A stretch of 64,000 nucleotides of DNA from Treponema sp. (GCA_031260245.1 JAIRKH010000056.1:874-64873); one strand, 5' to 3'; positions 9,402 through 20,275 are shown, numbered from the stretch's first letter. Notes: generated by a model not told the origin, from the sequence alone. Numbers and translations: made by a program.

Positions 9402-10022
9402 ATGTTAGGGCTTATGGCGAAGAAAGTGGGAATGACGCAGGTCTTTGATGAGCAGGGTAACCTTATTCCGGTTACCGCGCTTCGGTTTGACCCGAATGTA
9501 GTCGTCGCCCAGAAGAATAAAGAAAAAGACGGGTATAACGCGGTTGTTCTTGGAGTGGACGACAAAAAAAAGAACCGTATAACGAAACCTTACGCAGGAC
9601 AGTTTCCCGAAGGCGTCGCTCCGAAAAAACATCTGCGTGAAGTCCGCGACTTTGACGAGGAAGTGGAAGTGGGCGCATCGCTGGGTGTCGAGGTTTTCGA
9701 GGGATGTCGTTACGTTGACGTTACTGGCGTGTCTAAAGGCAAGGGCTTTCAAGGCGTTATGAAACGACACGGGTTTCAAGGCGGACGTTACTCGCACGGT
9801 TCCAAGTTTCACCGCGAACCCGGCTCAACCGGTCAATCAACTTATCCGAGCAAAACCTTCAAGAATGTGAAACTTCCCGGGCGCATGGGGCGCGAAAAGG
9901 TAACGGTTTTGAGTCAAAGAGTGGTAAAAATTGACGTTGAGAAACAGCTTATGCTCGTTCGCGGCGCGGTTCCGGGTGTAAATAAGAATATCGTGTTCGT
10001 CCGGGCCGCGGTCAAAAAATAA
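9402..10022 (+). CDS. rplC: 50S ribosomal protein L3
   Basis: ATG at 9402 follows [21 protein letters not shown] is the typical L3 N-terminus. The ORF-track start at 9390 is an upstream GTG. Confidence 0.95.
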   Translation: MLGLMAKKVGMTQVFDEQGNLIPVTALRFDPNVVVAQKNKEKDGYNAVVLGVDDKKKNRITKPYAGQFPEGVAPKKHLREVRDFDEEVEVGASLGVEVFEGCRYVDVTGVSKGKGFQGVMKRHGFQGGRYSHGSKFHREPGSTGQSTYPSKTFKNVKLPGRMGREKVTVLSQRVVKIDVEKQLMLVRGAVPGVNKNIVFVRAAVKK

Positions 10023-10043
10023 TGGCGCCGTAAGGGTAAAAAA

Positions 10044-10682
10044 ATGCAAAGAGCAGTATATTCTATTGAAGGTAAGGAGTTACGGAATGTGGAGCTTGAC
10101 GATGGGGTTTTCGGACTTTTGGTGAACGAAAGCGTCGTCTGGTATGCCATAAATAACGAGCTTGCCAATAAGAGGTTAGGAACGGCTTGCACCAAGGGGC
10201 GGGGCGAAATTCACGGTTCCAACGCGAAGCCCTACAAGCAGAAAGGCGGCGGACGAGCGCGGCGCGGCGATAAGAAGTCTCCGCTCTTGCGAGGCGGCGG
10301 TACAGTTTTCGGCCCCAAACCGCGGGATTATTCGTATTCTATGCCGAAAAAGGCGAAAAGGCTGGCGTTGAAGAGCATCTTGAGCCTCAAAGCCCAGTCC
10401 GAAACCTTGAAAATAGTAGAAGATTTTTCCGTCGCGTCAGGTAAAACAAAAGATTTGGTCGAGATTCTGAAAAATTTCTCGCCTGAACAGCGGACGGTTA
10501 TCATCCTGAAAGACGACGACCCGTTAATCAAACGGGCGGGTAGAAATATTCCGCGTTTGAGTTTCTTGTCGTATAACCGACTACAAGCCCACGACCTCTT
10601 CTACGCGAGACAGGTCGTCGCCCTTGAAGGCGCGGTTAAGAACCTCAACGCTTTTTACGGTCCGCAAGGAGAGGCGAAATGA
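10044..10682 (+). CDS. rplD: 50S ribosomal protein L4
   Basis: 212 aa; ...KQKGGGRARRGDKKSPL... Confidence 0.95.
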   Translation: MQRAVYSIEGKELRNVELDDGVFGLLVNESVVWYAINNELANKRLGTACTKGRGEIHGSNAKPYKQKGGGRARRGDKKSPLLRGGGTVFGPKPRDYSYSMPKKAKRLALKSILSLKAQSETLKIVEDFSVASGKTKDLVEILKNFSPEQRTVIILKDDDPLIKRAGRNIPRLSFLSYNRLQAHDLFYARQVVALEGAVKNLNAFYGPQGEAK

Positions 10683-10963
10683 TATTGGAAAAAATTTTGA
10701 TAGAACCTGTGCTTTCGGAAAAAGCCAACCTCCTTAGGGAAGAAGGCAAATATGTGTTCCGAGTCGACCCGGCCGCCACAAAGATGCAAATTAAGGAAGC
10801 GGTGCGCAGGTTGTTCAATGTGCATCCGGTTTCTTGTACCGTTATGAATGTGGCGGGCAAACCTAAACGTCAGCGTTTCCGAGCGGGCTACACCGCTTCA
10901 TGGAAAAAAGCCATTGTGCGCCTCTCAAAGGACGAGAAAATCAGCCTTTTCGAGGGGGTTTAG
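10679..10963 (+). CDS. rplW: 50S ribosomal protein L23
   Basis: 94 aa. Its start overlaps the rplD stop (ATGA). Confidence 0.95.
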   Translation: MILEKILIEPVLSEKANLLREEGKYVFRVDPAATKMQIKEAVRRLFNVHPVSCTVMNVAGKPKRQRFRAGYTASWKKAIVRLSKDEKISLFEGV

Positions 10964-11060
10964 AGGGTAGGATTCGAGAGAATTTTGTTACAGTCATTGT
11001 TTGTTTTTCCAAGTACGTTTAGTAACAAAAACCTGTTTCCTACTTCTAATCGAGGAAAAA

Positions 11061-11888
11061 ATGGGAATAAAGACATATAAGCCGGTTACGCCGGGAATGA
11101 GACAGAGAATCAGTTTAGACTTTTCGGAAATCACTAAAAAAGAGCCGGAAAAGTCTCTGACGAAAGGACGGAAACAGAGAGCGGGACGAGACTCTAACGG
11201 GCGCATCAGCGTTCGTCATCAGGGTGGCGGACATAAGCGCCTTTATCGCGAAATTGACTTCAAACGTGATAAGATCGGTATACCCGGAAAAGTCGCGTCT
11301 ATTGAATATGACCCGAACCGGAGCGCCAACATCGCTCTTATCCACTATGTTGACGGTGAAAAACGCTATATCATAGCGCCGAAGGGGCTGAGTGTGGGAA
11401 CGACGGTACTCAGCGGCCCCGCCGCGCCCGTTGAACCGGGCAACGCTTTGCCGCTCGAAAACATACCGCTGGGTTTCGCGGTTCACAATATCGAGCTGAC
11501 CTTAGGCAAAGGCGGACAGATGGCTCGCTCCGCAGGAACGAGCGCTCTGGTCGCCGCGAAGGAAAGCGACTATGTAACGTTGAAGTTGCCCTCCGGCGAA
11601 ATGCGGATGGTGTTCAAAAAATGCCGCGCCAGTATCGGCGTGGTGGGAAACGAAGATCATATGAACACCCAGCGCGGCAAGGCGGGACGGACGCGATGGC
11701 TCGGCATTCGACCCTCTGTGCGCGGTATGGTGATGAATCCTGTTGACCACCCGCATGGAGGCGGCGAGGGTAAAAACAAAGGTATTCACCCTGTAACCCC
11801 GTGGGGACAGCCGTGCAAAGGTTTTAAAACGCGAAAAAAGCATAAACCTTCGGAACGGTTCATCGTGAGCCGTCCTAAAAAGAAATAG
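11061..11888 (+). CDS. rplB: 50S ribosomal protein L2
   Basis: ATG at 11061 ([15 protein letters not shown]) follows GAGGA. Contains the HPHGGGEG motif. The ORF-track N-terminal extension was rejected. Confidence 0.95.
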   Translation: MGIKTYKPVTPGMRQRISLDFSEITKKEPEKSLTKGRKQRAGRDSNGRISVRHQGGGHKRLYREIDFKRDKIGIPGKVASIEYDPNRSANIALIHYVDGEKRYIIAPKGLSVGTTVLSGPAAPVEPGNALPLENIPLGFAVHNIELTLGKGGQMARSAGTSALVAAKESDYVTLKLPSGEMRMVFKKCRASIGVVGNEDHMNTQRGKAGRTRWLGIRPSVRGMVMNPVDHPHGGGEGKNKGIHPVTPWGQPCKGFKTRKKHKPSERFIVSRPKKK

Positions 11889-11960
11889 GCGCATAGAGGA
11901 GAAACAGCGTGGAAAACGCTTTGTGTGATATTCTGTTTATGCGCCGACAAGGAGAGAAAA

Positions 11961-12242
11961 GTGTCTAGGTCAATCAAGAAGGGACCTTTTATTGAGAAGA
12001 GTCTTTACAAAAAAGTGATGGATATGAACAAGTCGGGCGGGAGCCGGAAGATGGCGAAGACCTATTCTCGTTGCTCCACGATAATACCCGAAATGGTCGG
12101 CGGAACGATTTCCGTTCACAACGGCAAGACATGGATTCCCGTTTATATCACCGAGAATCTTGTGGGACACAAGCTCGGCGAGTTTGCGCCTACGCGAATT
12201 TTCCGCGGACACGCGGGTTCCGATAAGAAGGCGTCAAAGTAG
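11961..12242 (+). CDS. rpsS: 30S ribosomal protein S19
   Basis: GTG at 11961 follows AAGGAGAG. (M)SRSIKKGPF... is the typical S19 N-terminus. Confidence 0.93.
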   Translation: MSRSIKKGPFIEKSLYKKVMDMNKSGGSRKMAKTYSRCSTIIPEMVGGTISVHNGKTWIPVYITENLVGHKLGEFAPTRIFRGHAGSDKKASK

Positions 12243-12313
12243 AAAACGCGAACCGCGCGAATAGCTTCTGTAGAAACGAATAATTATCACTTCTACAGAA
12301 AAGGAAAGTGAAT

Positions 12314-12682
12314 ATGGGAAAGCAAAGCAAAAAAATTGAGAGAAGCGGATTTCGGGCGACGACTAAATTTTTAATTGGTTCGCCTTATAAGATTCGACCT
12401 GTTGCCGATGTAATACGACGCAAGCCTTACACTGACGCGGTGGCTATTCTGGAGAATATGCCGCACAAAGGAGCGAAGCTTTTGCGAAAGACCGTAAAGT
12501 CGGCCGCTTCAAACGCCCTCTCTCGAAGCAAGAAGCTTGAAGAAGATATGCTCTTCGTGCGCGAGGTGATGATTGACGATGGACCGCGTCTGAAACGGAT
12601 GTGGTTCCGTGGTAAAGGCAGGGCGGATATGCTATTGAAACGAATGTGCCACATCACCGTTGTGGTTGACGAAATCAAATAG
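12314..12682 (+). CDS. rplV: 50S ribosomal protein L22
   Basis: ATG at 12314 (GTG at 12308 is also possible). Conserved position in the cluster. Confidence 0.9.
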   Translation: MGKQSKKIERSGFRATTKFLIGSPYKIRPVADVIRRKPYTDAVAILENMPHKGAKLLRKTVKSAASNALSRSKKLEEDMLFVREVMIDDGPRLKRMWFRGKGRADMLLKRMCHITVVVDEIK

Positions 12683-12692
12683 GAGTTTGACG

Positions 12693-13397
12693 ATGGGACA
12701 GAAAGTTAATCCGATAGGATTGAGAATCGGTATCAACAGAACATGGGCGTCGCGCTGGTATGTTGATTCGCGGGAATACGCCGACACCCTGCACGAGGAC
12801 ATAAAGCTCCGCAAGCTGATACTGGAAATGCCCGAAACCAAGGGCGCGGATATCGCGGAACTGGAAATTATCAGGCACCCCCAGCGTATCACTGTGACGA
12901 TTCACACGGCGCGGCCGGGCGTCGTCATAGGGGTCAAAGGCGCGACCATCGAGAAAATCAGCAACGACATCCAAAAGCAGATTTCTAAGAAGATTCAAAT
13001 CAAAATCAAAGAAGTCCGCAACGCGGAGAATAACGCCCAGATAGTCGCGCAGAACATAGCCAGACAGCTCGCGGCGCGCGCTTCGTTCAGGCGAACTATG
13101 AAGAAAGCCATAAGCGACGCCATGAAAAAAGGCAACGCCCAAGGCGTCAAGGTGAGGTTGTCCGGGCGGCTTGGAGGGGCGGAAATGTCTCGTACCGAAG
13201 AGGCGAAAGAAGGTAGAATCCCTTTGCACACTTTGCGGGCGGACATTGACTATGGTTTTGTCGAGGCGCGCACCACATTCGGCTCTATTGGCGTAAAGGT
13301 GTGGATCTTCAATGGAATGAAATACGGCAAGGAACAGAAGGACGATGCGGGCGCTCTTGTCCGCAACAAACGCCGCGACCGTTTTCATAAAGAATAA
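12693..13397 (+). CDS. rpsC: 30S ribosomal protein S3
   Basis: ATG at 12693 follows AGGAG; [13 protein letters not shown]... Confidence 0.95.
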   Translation: MGQKVNPIGLRIGINRTWASRWYVDSREYADTLHEDIKLRKLILEMPETKGADIAELEIIRHPQRITVTIHTARPGVVIGVKGATIEKISNDIQKQISKKIQIKIKEVRNAENNAQIVAQNIARQLAARASFRRTMKKAISDAMKKGNAQGVKVRLSGRLGGAEMSRTEEAKEGRIPLHTLRADIDYGFVEARTTFGSIGVKVWIFNGMKYGKEQKDDAGALVRNKRRDRFHKE

Positions 13398-13408
13398 AAG
13401 GGGGAAAA

Positions 13409-13834
13409 GTGTTAAGTCCGAAACGTGTAAAGCATAGAAAGGTTCAGCGCGGCAGGATAAAAGGCAACGCCACGAGAGGAAACACCGTGGCTTTCGGCGA
13501 CTACGGGCTTGTAGCGATGGAGCCGATGTGGATAACGAATCGACAGATAGAAGCCGCGCGCGTCGCTATGAATAGGCGTATCAAGCGTGGCGGTAAGTTG
13601 TGGATTCGCATATTTCCGGACAAGCCTTACACCAAGAAGCCGGCGGAAACTCGTATGGGCAAAGGCAAGGGCGCGCCCGAATACTGGGTGGCGGTCGTGA
13701 AACCCGGTACCGTGATGTTTGAACTCGGCGGCGTCGACAAGACGCTCGCGGAACAGGCTATGACGTTGGCGGGGGCGAAGCTTCCCATTAAGACGAAATT
13801 TGCTGTCCGCGCCGATTACGAGCTGGGACTGTAG
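13409..13834 (+). CDS. rplP: 50S ribosomal protein L16
   Basis: 141 aa with a GTG start; [15 protein letters not shown]. Confidence 0.95.
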   Translation: MLSPKRVKHRKVQRGRIKGNATRGNTVAFGDYGLVAMEPMWITNRQIEAARVAMNRRIKRGGKLWIRIFPDKPYTKKPAETRMGKGKGAPEYWVAVVKPGTVMFELGGVDKTLAEQAMTLAGAKLPIKTKFAVRADYELGL

Positions 13835-13842
13835 GAGGCAAT

Positions 13843-14046
13843 GTGAAAAATTCATTCAAAAATTTGACGTTCCTTGAAATGAAAGCTAAACGAGACGAGC
13901 TTAATCGGAAATATATGGAACTTCGTTTCCAAAAGGTTATCGGACATATGGAGAATCCGCTTATCGTCCGAACTATACGTCGTCAGATAGCTCGACTCAA
14001 CACATTAATTCATCAGCAGGAAACGACTTCGGCGAAAAAGAAGTAG
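13843..14046 (+). CDS. rpmC: 50S ribosomal protein L29
   Basis: 67 aa with a GTG start after AGGAGG. Confidence 0.9.
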   Translation: MKNSFKNLTFLEMKAKRDELNRKYMELRFQKVIGHMENPLIVRTIRRQIARLNTLIHQQETTSAKKK

Positions 14047-14142
14047 GGAAAAGGGTTGTTACTAGCGGAACCGTTTGGAATAAACAGGTTTTGTTTTAAC
14101 AAAAAATCCACTCTCAACTTCTTAACCTAAAGGAGGTTTGAT

Positions 14143-14433
14143 ATGGAAGAAATGAAAGAAGCGGAGTTAGCGGTAAAGGCGAAGAAAAGCGGCAAGAAGG
14201 AGTTTGTAGGAGTTGTGAAGAGCGATAAGATGATGAAGTCTATCGTGGTTGTTATTGAAACGACTGCTTTGCATCCTCTTTATAAAAAGTATGTGAAACG
14301 GATTAAAAAGGTGAAAGCTCACGATGAAAACAATGAAGCCAAGATAGGCGACAAGGTCCGGGTCATAGAGTGCCGCCCCATCAGCAAGGAAAAATGTTGG
14401 CGATTGGTGGAAATTATCGAAAGAGCCAAATAG
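14143..14433 (+). CDS. rpsQ: 30S ribosomal protein S17
   Basis: 96 aa; ...[14 protein letters not shown]...; SD AAGGAGG. Confidence 0.93.
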   Translation: MEEMKEAELAVKAKKSGKKEFVGVVKSDKMMKSIVVVIETTALHPLYKKYVKRIKKVKAHDENNEAKIGDKVRVIECRPISKEKCWRLVEIIERAK

Positions 14434-14480
14434 GGCGATTTTGAATCAGTTTTAAAATCGCTATTTTAAGAGGTAGAAAA

Positions 14481-14849
14481 ATGATTCAGGTAGAGACGTT
14501 CCTGAATGTGGCGGATAATTCAGGCGCGAAACGGGTGCAATGCATCAAGGTTCTGGGCGGTTCCAAGCGTAAATACGCCGGAATCGGCGATATTATTGTT
14601 GTTGCTGTGAAGGACGCGCTCCCGACTTCCGTTATAAAAAAGGGAACCGTGGAGCGGGCTGTTGTGGTTAGGGTTCACAAAGAGTACCGCAGACCGGATG
14701 GGACGTATATCCGTTTTGACGATAATGCGTGCGTCGTCATTGACGCGGCGCTAAATCCCAAGGGAAAACGCATTTTCGGACCCGTTGCCCGGGAGTTGAG
14801 GGAAAAAGATTTTATGAAAATCGTTTCTCTCGCGCCGGAAGTTTTGTAG
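14481..14849 (+). CDS. rplN: 50S ribosomal protein L14
   Basis: 122 aa; [17 protein letters not shown]. Confidence 0.97.
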   Translation: MIQVETFLNVADNSGAKRVQCIKVLGGSKRKYAGIGDIIVVAVKDALPTSVIKKGTVERAVVVRVHKEYRRPDGTYIRFDDNACVVIDAALNPKGKRIFGPVARELREKDFMKIVSLAPEVL

Positions 14850-14858
14850 GAGCAGGCT

Positions 14859-15185
14859 ATGGCGGAAGTTGTTCGGCATAAATTCAAGTTGAAGAAAGAA
14901 GATACCGTTCAAGTGATGAAAGGCAAGGACAGGGGCAAGCGCGGCAAGATTTTAAGCATTTTGCGCGATAAAGATCGTGTTGTTGTCGAAGGTTTGAACA
15001 TCGTCAAGAAGGCGAGGAAACGCCGCAATCAGCAGGACAGAGGCGGCATCATCGAAATAGAAGCGGCGATTCACAGCTCGAATGTGCAGATAGTCTGTAA
15101 GAAATGTGGACCGACCCGAATCGGGATTAAGATTGACGGGGATAAGAAAACCCGTATTTGTAAGAAATGCGGCGAGGCGTTGTGA
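14859..15185 (+). CDS. rplX: 50S ribosomal protein L24
   Basis: 108 aa with a KOW motif ([15 protein letters not shown]). Confidence 0.95.
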   Translation: MAEVVRHKFKLKKEDTVQVMKGKDRGKRGKILSILRDKDRVVVEGLNIVKKARKRRNQQDRGGIIEIEAAIHSSNVQIVCKKCGPTRIGIKIDGDKKTRICKKCGEAL

Positions 15186-15766
15186 TGAGTGAAACGAAAC
15201 AAAAGGTTGAAAAAGAACCCAAGTATGAACCGCGGTTAAAGAAAATTTACCGTGAGAAGGTAGCTCCCGAATTATTCAGGGAATTTGGTTACAAGACGCC
15301 TATGCAGATTCCTCGTTTAGAGAAGATTGTGGTGAGTATGGGGGTAGGCGAAGCGCTCGGCAACAAGAAACTGCTCGACGCGGCGGTAGACGACATAACC
15401 GCCATCACAGGGCAGAAGGCGGTCAAAACCAAAGCCCGTAAGAGTATCGCTAACTTCAAGGTACGCGCGGGGCAGGAAATCGGCGTGATGGTAACGTTAC
15501 GCGGCGCTATGATGTTCGAGTTTCTGGACCGACTGGTGAATGTCGCGCTCCCCCGCGTCAAGGACTTCCGCGGAGTCAACCAAAACGCCTTTGACGGACA
15601 TGGGAACTATTCGCTGGGTATAACCGAGCAAATCATCTTCCCGGAGATTGATTTTGACAAGATAGAGCGAGTCGCGGGACTGAATATCGTTATCGTTACA
15701 ACGGCGCGTACGGACGCGGAGGCGAAAGCCTTTTTAGCAAAATTCGGGATGCCGTTTAGAAAGTAA
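15185..15766 (+). CDS. rplE: 50S ribosomal protein L5
   Basis: ATG at 15185 overlaps the rplX stop (TGATG). 193 aa. Confidence 0.93.
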   Translation: MSETKQKVEKEPKYEPRLKKIYREKVAPELFREFGYKTPMQIPRLEKIVVSMGVGEALGNKKLLDAAVDDITAITGQKAVKTKARKSIANFKVRAGQEIGVMVTLRGAMMFEFLDRLVNVALPRVKDFRGVNQNAFDGHGNYSLGITEQIIFPEIDFDKIERVAGLNIVIVTTARTDAEAKAFLAKFGMPFRK

Positions 15767-15900
15767 ATAGAGAATAGTGAGCGTTATATGAGAATAATTT
15801 TGAATTTTCAGACAATGGCGGTTATTCGTTCATTAACGTCCCAGAGCGAGTGATTTGATATGTTTTTCAAACACTTGAAAAAGATAAACAAGAGGTGGAT

Positions 15901-16086
15901 ATGGCAAGAAAGGCTATGATTATCAAAGCGTTGAGGACGCCCAAATATAAGACGAGGAAGGTCAACAGATGCCGCATCTGCGGCAGGGCGCGCGGGTACA
16001 TGAGGAAATTCGAGATGTGCCGTCTTTGCTTCCGCAAACTCGCAAGCGAAGGGCTTATTCCGGGCGTTACAAAATCAAGTTGGTAG
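15901..16086 (+). CDS. rpsZ: 30S ribosomal protein S14, zinc-binding type Z
   Basis: 61 aa from ATG 15901 after GAGGTGG. Contains [10 protein letters not shown]...CRLC. Confidence 0.93.
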   Translation: MARKAMIIKALRTPKYKTRKVNRCRICGRARGYMRKFEMCRLCFRKLASEGLIPGVTKSSW

Positions 16087-16095
16087 GAGGGAACC

Positions 16096-16497
16096 ATGAG
16101 CATTTCTGACCCTGTTGCGGATATGCTGACCAAAATCCGGAACGCCGGAATGGCCAAGCATGAAAAGGTTGATGTTCCTTCCTCAAAACTGAAACTTGAG
16201 ATAGTTAAGATTCTCAAAGCGGAAGGGTATATCAAGAATTTCAAGAAGACGTTAATAACGGATAACTTGAATATTATCCGCGTCTATTTGAAGTATGACG
16301 ATTCTACCGTGCCGATTATTCACGGCATAGAGAAGGTATCGAAACCCGGCAGGCGCGTATACACTGGGTATAAAGATATGCCGCGGGTCTTTAACGGATA
16401 TGGTACGCTCATCGTGTCTACATCGATTGGGGTTACCACTGGGAAAAAAGCCGTCGAAAAAAAGGTCGGCGGCGAAATTATCTGTACTGTGTGGTAG
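16096..16497 (+). CDS. rpsH: 30S ribosomal protein S8
   Basis: 133 aa; [17 protein letters not shown]. Confidence 0.96.
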   Translation: MSISDPVADMLTKIRNAGMAKHEKVDVPSSKLKLEIVKILKAEGYIKNFKKTLITDNLNIIRVYLKYDDSTVPIIHGIEKVSKPGRRVYTGYKDMPRVFNGYGTLIVSTSIGVTTGKKAVEKKVGGEIICTVW

Positions 16498-16509
16498 AAG
16501 AGGAAGAAA

Positions 16510-17049
16510 ATGTCGCGTATTGGAAAAATTCCGGTTAAGATTCCCGCGGGCGTCAAGATTAGTTTCAAAGACGATACTATCTTTGTGGAAGGTCCGAAGG
16601 GGAAATTATCCCAGAAGTACCATCCGGTCATTAGTTTTGAAGAAAAAGACGGCGAAATCATCGTGAATAGAGCAAATGACGAAAAGCAAACCAAGGCGTT
16701 TCATGGGCTTTACCGCAACCTGCTCAACAACATGGCGATCGGCGTATCCGTCGGTTTCTCAAAGACGTTGATTGTGACAGGCGTGGGTTATAAGGCGGAA
16801 GCTCGGGACAAATTGCTTGTTTTAAGCCTGGGTTACTCAAACGATACCTACATCTACGTGCCGGATGGAATTTCGGTCGCCGTAGAAGCGGGCGGTAAAC
16901 TCGTTATAACAGGTATTAATAAACAGGTTGTCGGCGAGTTCGCCGCGGAAGTCCGTAAGCTACGCGCTTTGGAACCTTACAAAGGCAAAGGCATCCGCTA
17001 CGAGACTGAGCGCGTTAAACTCAAAGCCGGGAAATCCGGGGTGAAATAG
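16510..17049 (+). CDS. rplF: 50S ribosomal protein L6
   Basis: 179 aa; MSRIGKIPVKIPAGV. Confidence 0.96.
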   Translation: MSRIGKIPVKIPAGVKISFKDDTIFVEGPKGKLSQKYHPVISFEEKDGEIIVNRANDEKQTKAFHGLYRNLLNNMAIGVSVGFSKTLIVTGVGYKAEARDKLLVLSLGYSNDTYIYVPDGISVAVEAGGKLVITGINKQVVGEFAAEVRKLRALEPYKGKGIRYETERVKLKAGKSGVK

Positions 17050-17051
17050 TT

Positions 17052-17137
17052 GAGAATAGGGAGGCGGGTTATCGTTAAAACGAAGCGTGAAGATTTCAAG
17101 CGGCGTTTTCAAGACAAAACCCCTATATTCCTATTCC
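17052..17137. repeat. hairpin-forming intergenic repeat, copy R1 (rplF-rplR spacer)
   Basis: The ends GAGAATAGGGAGG ... CCCCTATATTCCTATTCC are imperfectly inverted. The core cgttaaaacgaagcgtgaagatttcaagcggcg matches copy R2 at roughly three quarters of positions by eye. Confidence 0.5.
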
Positions 17138-17156
17138 TTTATAGAGGGAAAGGTAA

Positions 17157-17519
17157 ATGCTGAGAAAAATGCCGGATAAAGACCGGAAACGGTTGAAGAG
17201 AAAGATTCACATACGGAAGACCATTTTTGGGACGGTGGATAAGCCGCGTCTGACCGTTACCCGAAGCAACAAGCATCTGTCGATGCAGGCTATTGACGAT
17301 GCGAAGGGTCATACGCTTGCCGCGGCGTCCACGCTTGAGAAAGACCTTCGTTCCATCAAGCCGACAGTTGAAGGCGGCGCGCAGTTGGGTGAAATCATGG
17401 GCAAACGGCTTCTCGAACAGAACGTCAAGACCGTCGTTTTTGATAGAAACGGCTATCTCTATCATGGAGTCGTTAAAGCGCTGGCTGACGGCGCGCGCAA
17501 AGCCGGAGTTCAATTCTAG
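17157..17519 (+). CDS. rplR: 50S ribosomal protein L18
   Basis: 120 aa in the conserved position. C-terminus ...[23 protein letters not shown]. Confidence 0.95.
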   Translation: MLRKMPDKDRKRLKRKIHIRKTIFGTVDKPRLTVTRSNKHLSMQAIDDAKGHTLAAASTLEKDLRSIKPTVEGGAQLGEIMGKRLLEQNVKTVVFDRNGYLYHGVVKALADGARKAGVQF

Positions 17520-17527
17520 GGGGAGAA

Positions 17528-18100
17528 ATGGCAGAAGAAAAGCAGGAAAGAACCGACCGCCAGGAACGGTCGGAGAAACCGCGCGGACGGCACGATCGGG
17601 ACAAGAGGCAGGAGAAAGACAAAGAGTTTCCTGTTTCCAAACTGGTGAAATTGAATAGAACCGCCAAAGTGGTGAAGGGGGGGCGTAGATTTTCTTTCTC
17701 CGCTCTCACGGTTGTCGGCGATAAAAAAGGGCGCGTGGGATACGGCTTTGGCAAAGCTAACGACGTGTCCGAAGCTATCCGCAAGAGCGAAGAAAAAGCG
17801 CGACGTAACATCGTGCTTATTCCAGTCAAAAACGGCACCATCCCCCACGAAGTTCATGGGATATTCAAGGCGTCCAACGTCATCCTGAAGCCGGCCTGTT
17901 CCGGCACAGGCATCATCGCGGGCGGTCCTGTACGGGCGGTTATGGAGGCGGGCGGCGTTACCGATGTGTTGAGCAAGTCCATCGGCGCTTCCAGTCAGTA
18001 TAATGTGCTGAAAGCCACTTTTGACTGCATCAAAAAAATGATGAACGCAAGGGAAATTGCCAAAGGCAGAGGGAAGCCTCTCTCGGAGCTGTGGGGCTAA
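17528..18100 (+). CDS. rpsE: 30S ribosomal protein S5 (with a charged ~30-aa N-terminal extension)
   Basis: 190 aa; ...[17 protein letters not shown]... Confidence 0.95.
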   Translation: MAEEKQERTDRQERSEKPRGRHDRDKRQEKDKEFPVSKLVKLNRTAKVVKGGRRFSFSALTVVGDKKGRVGYGFGKANDVSEAIRKSEEKARRNIVLIPVKNGTIPHEVHGIFKASNVILKPACSGTGIIAGGPVRAVMEAGGVTDVLSKSIGASSQYNVLKATFDCIKKMMNAREIAKGRGKPLSELWG

Positions 18101-18116
18101 CGAAAAGGAGTAAATT

Positions 18117-18299
18117 ATGGCAAGAATCAGAGTGCGGCTTGTCCGTTCTACCATAGGAGTGAAGCCTAACCAACGGGCGACCGTCCGATGCTTGGGACTC
18201 CGTAAAATTGGTTCGAAGAGGGAACATGAAGCGGTTCCTGCCGTTCTGGGCATGATAAGAACCGTGTCTCATTTGGTCTCTGTAGAAGAAGTAAAATAA
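18117..18299 (+). CDS. rpmD: 50S ribosomal protein L30
   Basis: 60 aa; [14 protein letters not shown]. Confidence 0.93.
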   Translation: MARIRVRLVRSTIGVKPNQRATVRCLGLRKIGSKREHEAVPAVLGMIRTVSHLVSVEEVK

Positions 18300-18303
18300 T
18301 GTT

Positions 18304-18398
18304 GGAAATTGCGAGTAGGGTCTTGTTAGAAACGAATCTTGAGAAATTCAAGCGGCTTCTAAAATAACAATGAATCAAATCTCTACTCCTAATTCTCC
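18304..18398. repeat. hairpin-forming intergenic repeat, copy R2 (rpmD-rplO spacer)
   Basis: The ends GGAAATTGCGAGTAGGG ... CTCTACTCCTAATTCTCC are imperfectly inverted. The core tgttagaaacgaatcttgagaaattcaagcggct is homologous to R1. The right end shares CTACTCCTAATT with copy R4. Confidence 0.5.
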
Positions 18399-18416
18399 AA
18401 ACATGATGGAGTGAAT

Positions 18417-18908
18417 ATGCACGATTTCGATTTGCATGCGCCTAGGGGCGCGAACAAAAAAAAGAAAGTTGTCGGTAGGGGACAGGGTTGCGGACGCGGC
18501 ACCACTGCGGGCAGAGGTAACAAGGGGCAGAAAGCCCGTTCCGGCGGCAAAACCTACGTCGGTTTCGAAGGCGGACAAATGCCTCTCTACCGCAGGCTCG
18601 CCCGTCGCGGCTTTTCAAATTATCCTTTTAAAAGAGAATTTCAGATTGTCAACGTTGGAGACGTCGAAAAACGCTTTGAAGACGGCGAAACCGTTGACGC
18701 GGCGTCTTTGCTTGCCAAAGGGCTTGTCAAGGGACGCCAAGAGGTGAAAATACTTGGAGACGGCAAATTCACCAAGAAACTTTCTTTTAAATTGGGCGAA
18801 ACGTCGAGAGACGGCGCGTCCGTTTTAAAAATATCGGCTTTGTCGGCGTCGGCAAAGGAAAAGATTGAGAAAGCAGGCGGAACGATTTCCGGCGAGAAAG
18901 ACGAGTAG
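18417..18908 (+). CDS. rplO: 50S ribosomal protein L15
   Basis: ATG at 18417; ...GRGQGCGRGTTAGRGNKGQKARSG... Confidence 0.93.
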   Translation: MHDFDLHAPRGANKKKKVVGRGQGCGRGTTAGRGNKGQKARSGGKTYVGFEGGQMPLYRRLARRGFSNYPFKREFQIVNVGDVEKRFEDGETVDAASLLAKGLVKGRQEVKILGDGKFTKKLSFKLGETSRDGASVLKISALSASAKEKIEKAGGTISGEKDE

Positions 18909-18914
18909 GGTAGT

Positions 18915-20243
18915 ATGGCGAATCCTTTTATCGGTATTTTCAGGGTCAAGGAGTTACGCGAGCGCATCGTTTTCACGCTTGCGCTGTTAATCGTATTTCG
19001 TATCGGCGCGGTACTTCCAGTTCCTGGCATCAACGTCCAAGCGCTGAACAACTACTTCCTCGCGCAACAAAATTCGGGCAACGCCATCGTCGACTATCTC
19101 GACTTTTTCGCGGGCGGCGCGTTTTCCAATTTTTCTGTGTTCATGCTTGGTATTATGCCTTACATCTCAATGTCTATCATCATGCAGTTGCTCCTTATTG
19201 TATTTCCTTCGCTTAAAAAATTGTCTCAAGAAGAAGGCGGCAAGAAAAAAATACACGCCTACCAGCGCTACGGGACGATTGTCGTATGTCTGATTCAATC
19301 CTTCGCCGTTACCCAATACGCGCAGAGCATCTCCCGTCAGACCAGCGATCTCCTCACCTTGCCGATAGTACCGTTTTCGCTCATCGCCATGCTTACTGTT
19401 ACGGTAGGGACGATGTTTCTTATGTGGATGGGCGAACAAATCACTAAACGAGGCATTGGAAACGGCGTATCCCTGCTGATTTTCGCCGGTATTGTGGCGC
19501 GCCTGCCCCAGTCGGTATGGGAGCTTTTCGGACGGGTGAGAACCGGAGACCTCAACCTTGTATTTGTGATTGTGGTGTTTGTGATGTTCATCGCGGTCGT
19601 AACGTTGGTCGTGTTTGAGCAACAAGGACAGCGTAAGGTACCGGTGAATTATGCGAAACGGGTTGTGGGGCGGCGGATGTACGGCGCGCAAAGCACCTAT
19701 ATTCCCTTCAAAATCAACCCTTCGGGCGTGATTCCCGTCATTTTCGCCTCATCGCTTCTGACGTTCCCGTTGCAAATAGCGTCGACTGTCGGTGGAAACG
19801 TGCCTTGGCTTGCCACGGTGGCGCGAGTTTTGACGCCTCAGGGCTTGCTCTACAACGTTTTATATATTCTGTTAATTATATTTTTCGCGTATTTCTACAC
19901 TCAAGTCAGCCTGAATCCCATAGAAATCGCCAAGAATATACGGGAAAACGGCGGTTCCATTCCGGGTATCCGCGCCGAGAACATCGAACGTTATTTGACG
20001 AAGATTCTGAATCGCATCGTTCTGCCCGGTTCGCTCTACTTGGCGTTGATAGCCATCATCCCGTCAATTTTTCAATGGGCGTTCAAATTTCCGTCCTCGA
20101 TTTCATATCTTATGGGCGGTACCTCTCTCCTTATTCTGGTAGGCGTTGATCTTGATACGATGTCTCAAATAGAAGGCTTGCTGAAAATGCACCATCATGA
20201 AGGCTTGACTAAACACGGTAGGTTGCGTGGGAGAAATTTGTAA
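18915..20243 (+). CDS. secY: preprotein translocase subunit SecY
   Basis: 442 aa, multi-TM, in the conserved position after rplO. Confidence 0.95.
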   Translation: MANPFIGIFRVKELRERIVFTLALLIVFRIGAVLPVPGINVQALNNYFLAQQNSGNAIVDYLDFFAGGAFSNFSVFMLGIMPYISMSIIMQLLLIVFPSLKKLSQEEGGKKKIHAYQRYGTIVVCLIQSFAVTQYAQSISRQTSDLLTLPIVPFSLIAMLTVTVGTMFLMWMGEQITKRGIGNGVSLLIFAGIVARLPQSVWELFGRVRTGDLNLVFVIVVFVMFIAVVTLVVFEQQGQRKVPVNYAKRVVGRRMYGAQSTYIPFKINPSGVIPVIFASSLLTFPLQIASTVGGNVPWLATVARVLTPQGLLYNVLYILLIIFFAYFYTQVSLNPIEIAKNIRENGGSIPGIRAENIERYLTKILNRIVLPGSLYLALIAIIPSIFQWAFKFPSSISYLMGGTSLLILVGVDLDTMSQIEGLLKMHHHEGLTKHGRLRGRNL

Positions 20244-20275
20244 TCTATGAGAGAGTTTGTTAAAACTTCTTGATA

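Noticed and set aside
11001-11060. N-terminal extensions proposed by the longest-ORF track (rplB 11001, rplC 9390, rpsS 11925, rpsC 12660, rpsD 21206, cmk 51255, mnmG 60358, aroB 60840, transporter 53887, permease 34031, OMP 57262)
   Set aside because: In each case, an internal start codon preceded by a good SD reproduces the conserved N-terminus of the family or the signal peptide. The extensions overlap upstream genes or spacers.
12675-13388. 237-aa ORF on the minus strand
   Set aside because: It lies entirely antisense to rpsC, which has unambiguous S3 sequence. It is a typical shadow ORF with no SD and R/S/L-rich composition.
17516-18253. 245-aa minus-strand ORF
   Set aside because: It is antisense to rpsE and rpmD, so it is a shadow ORF.
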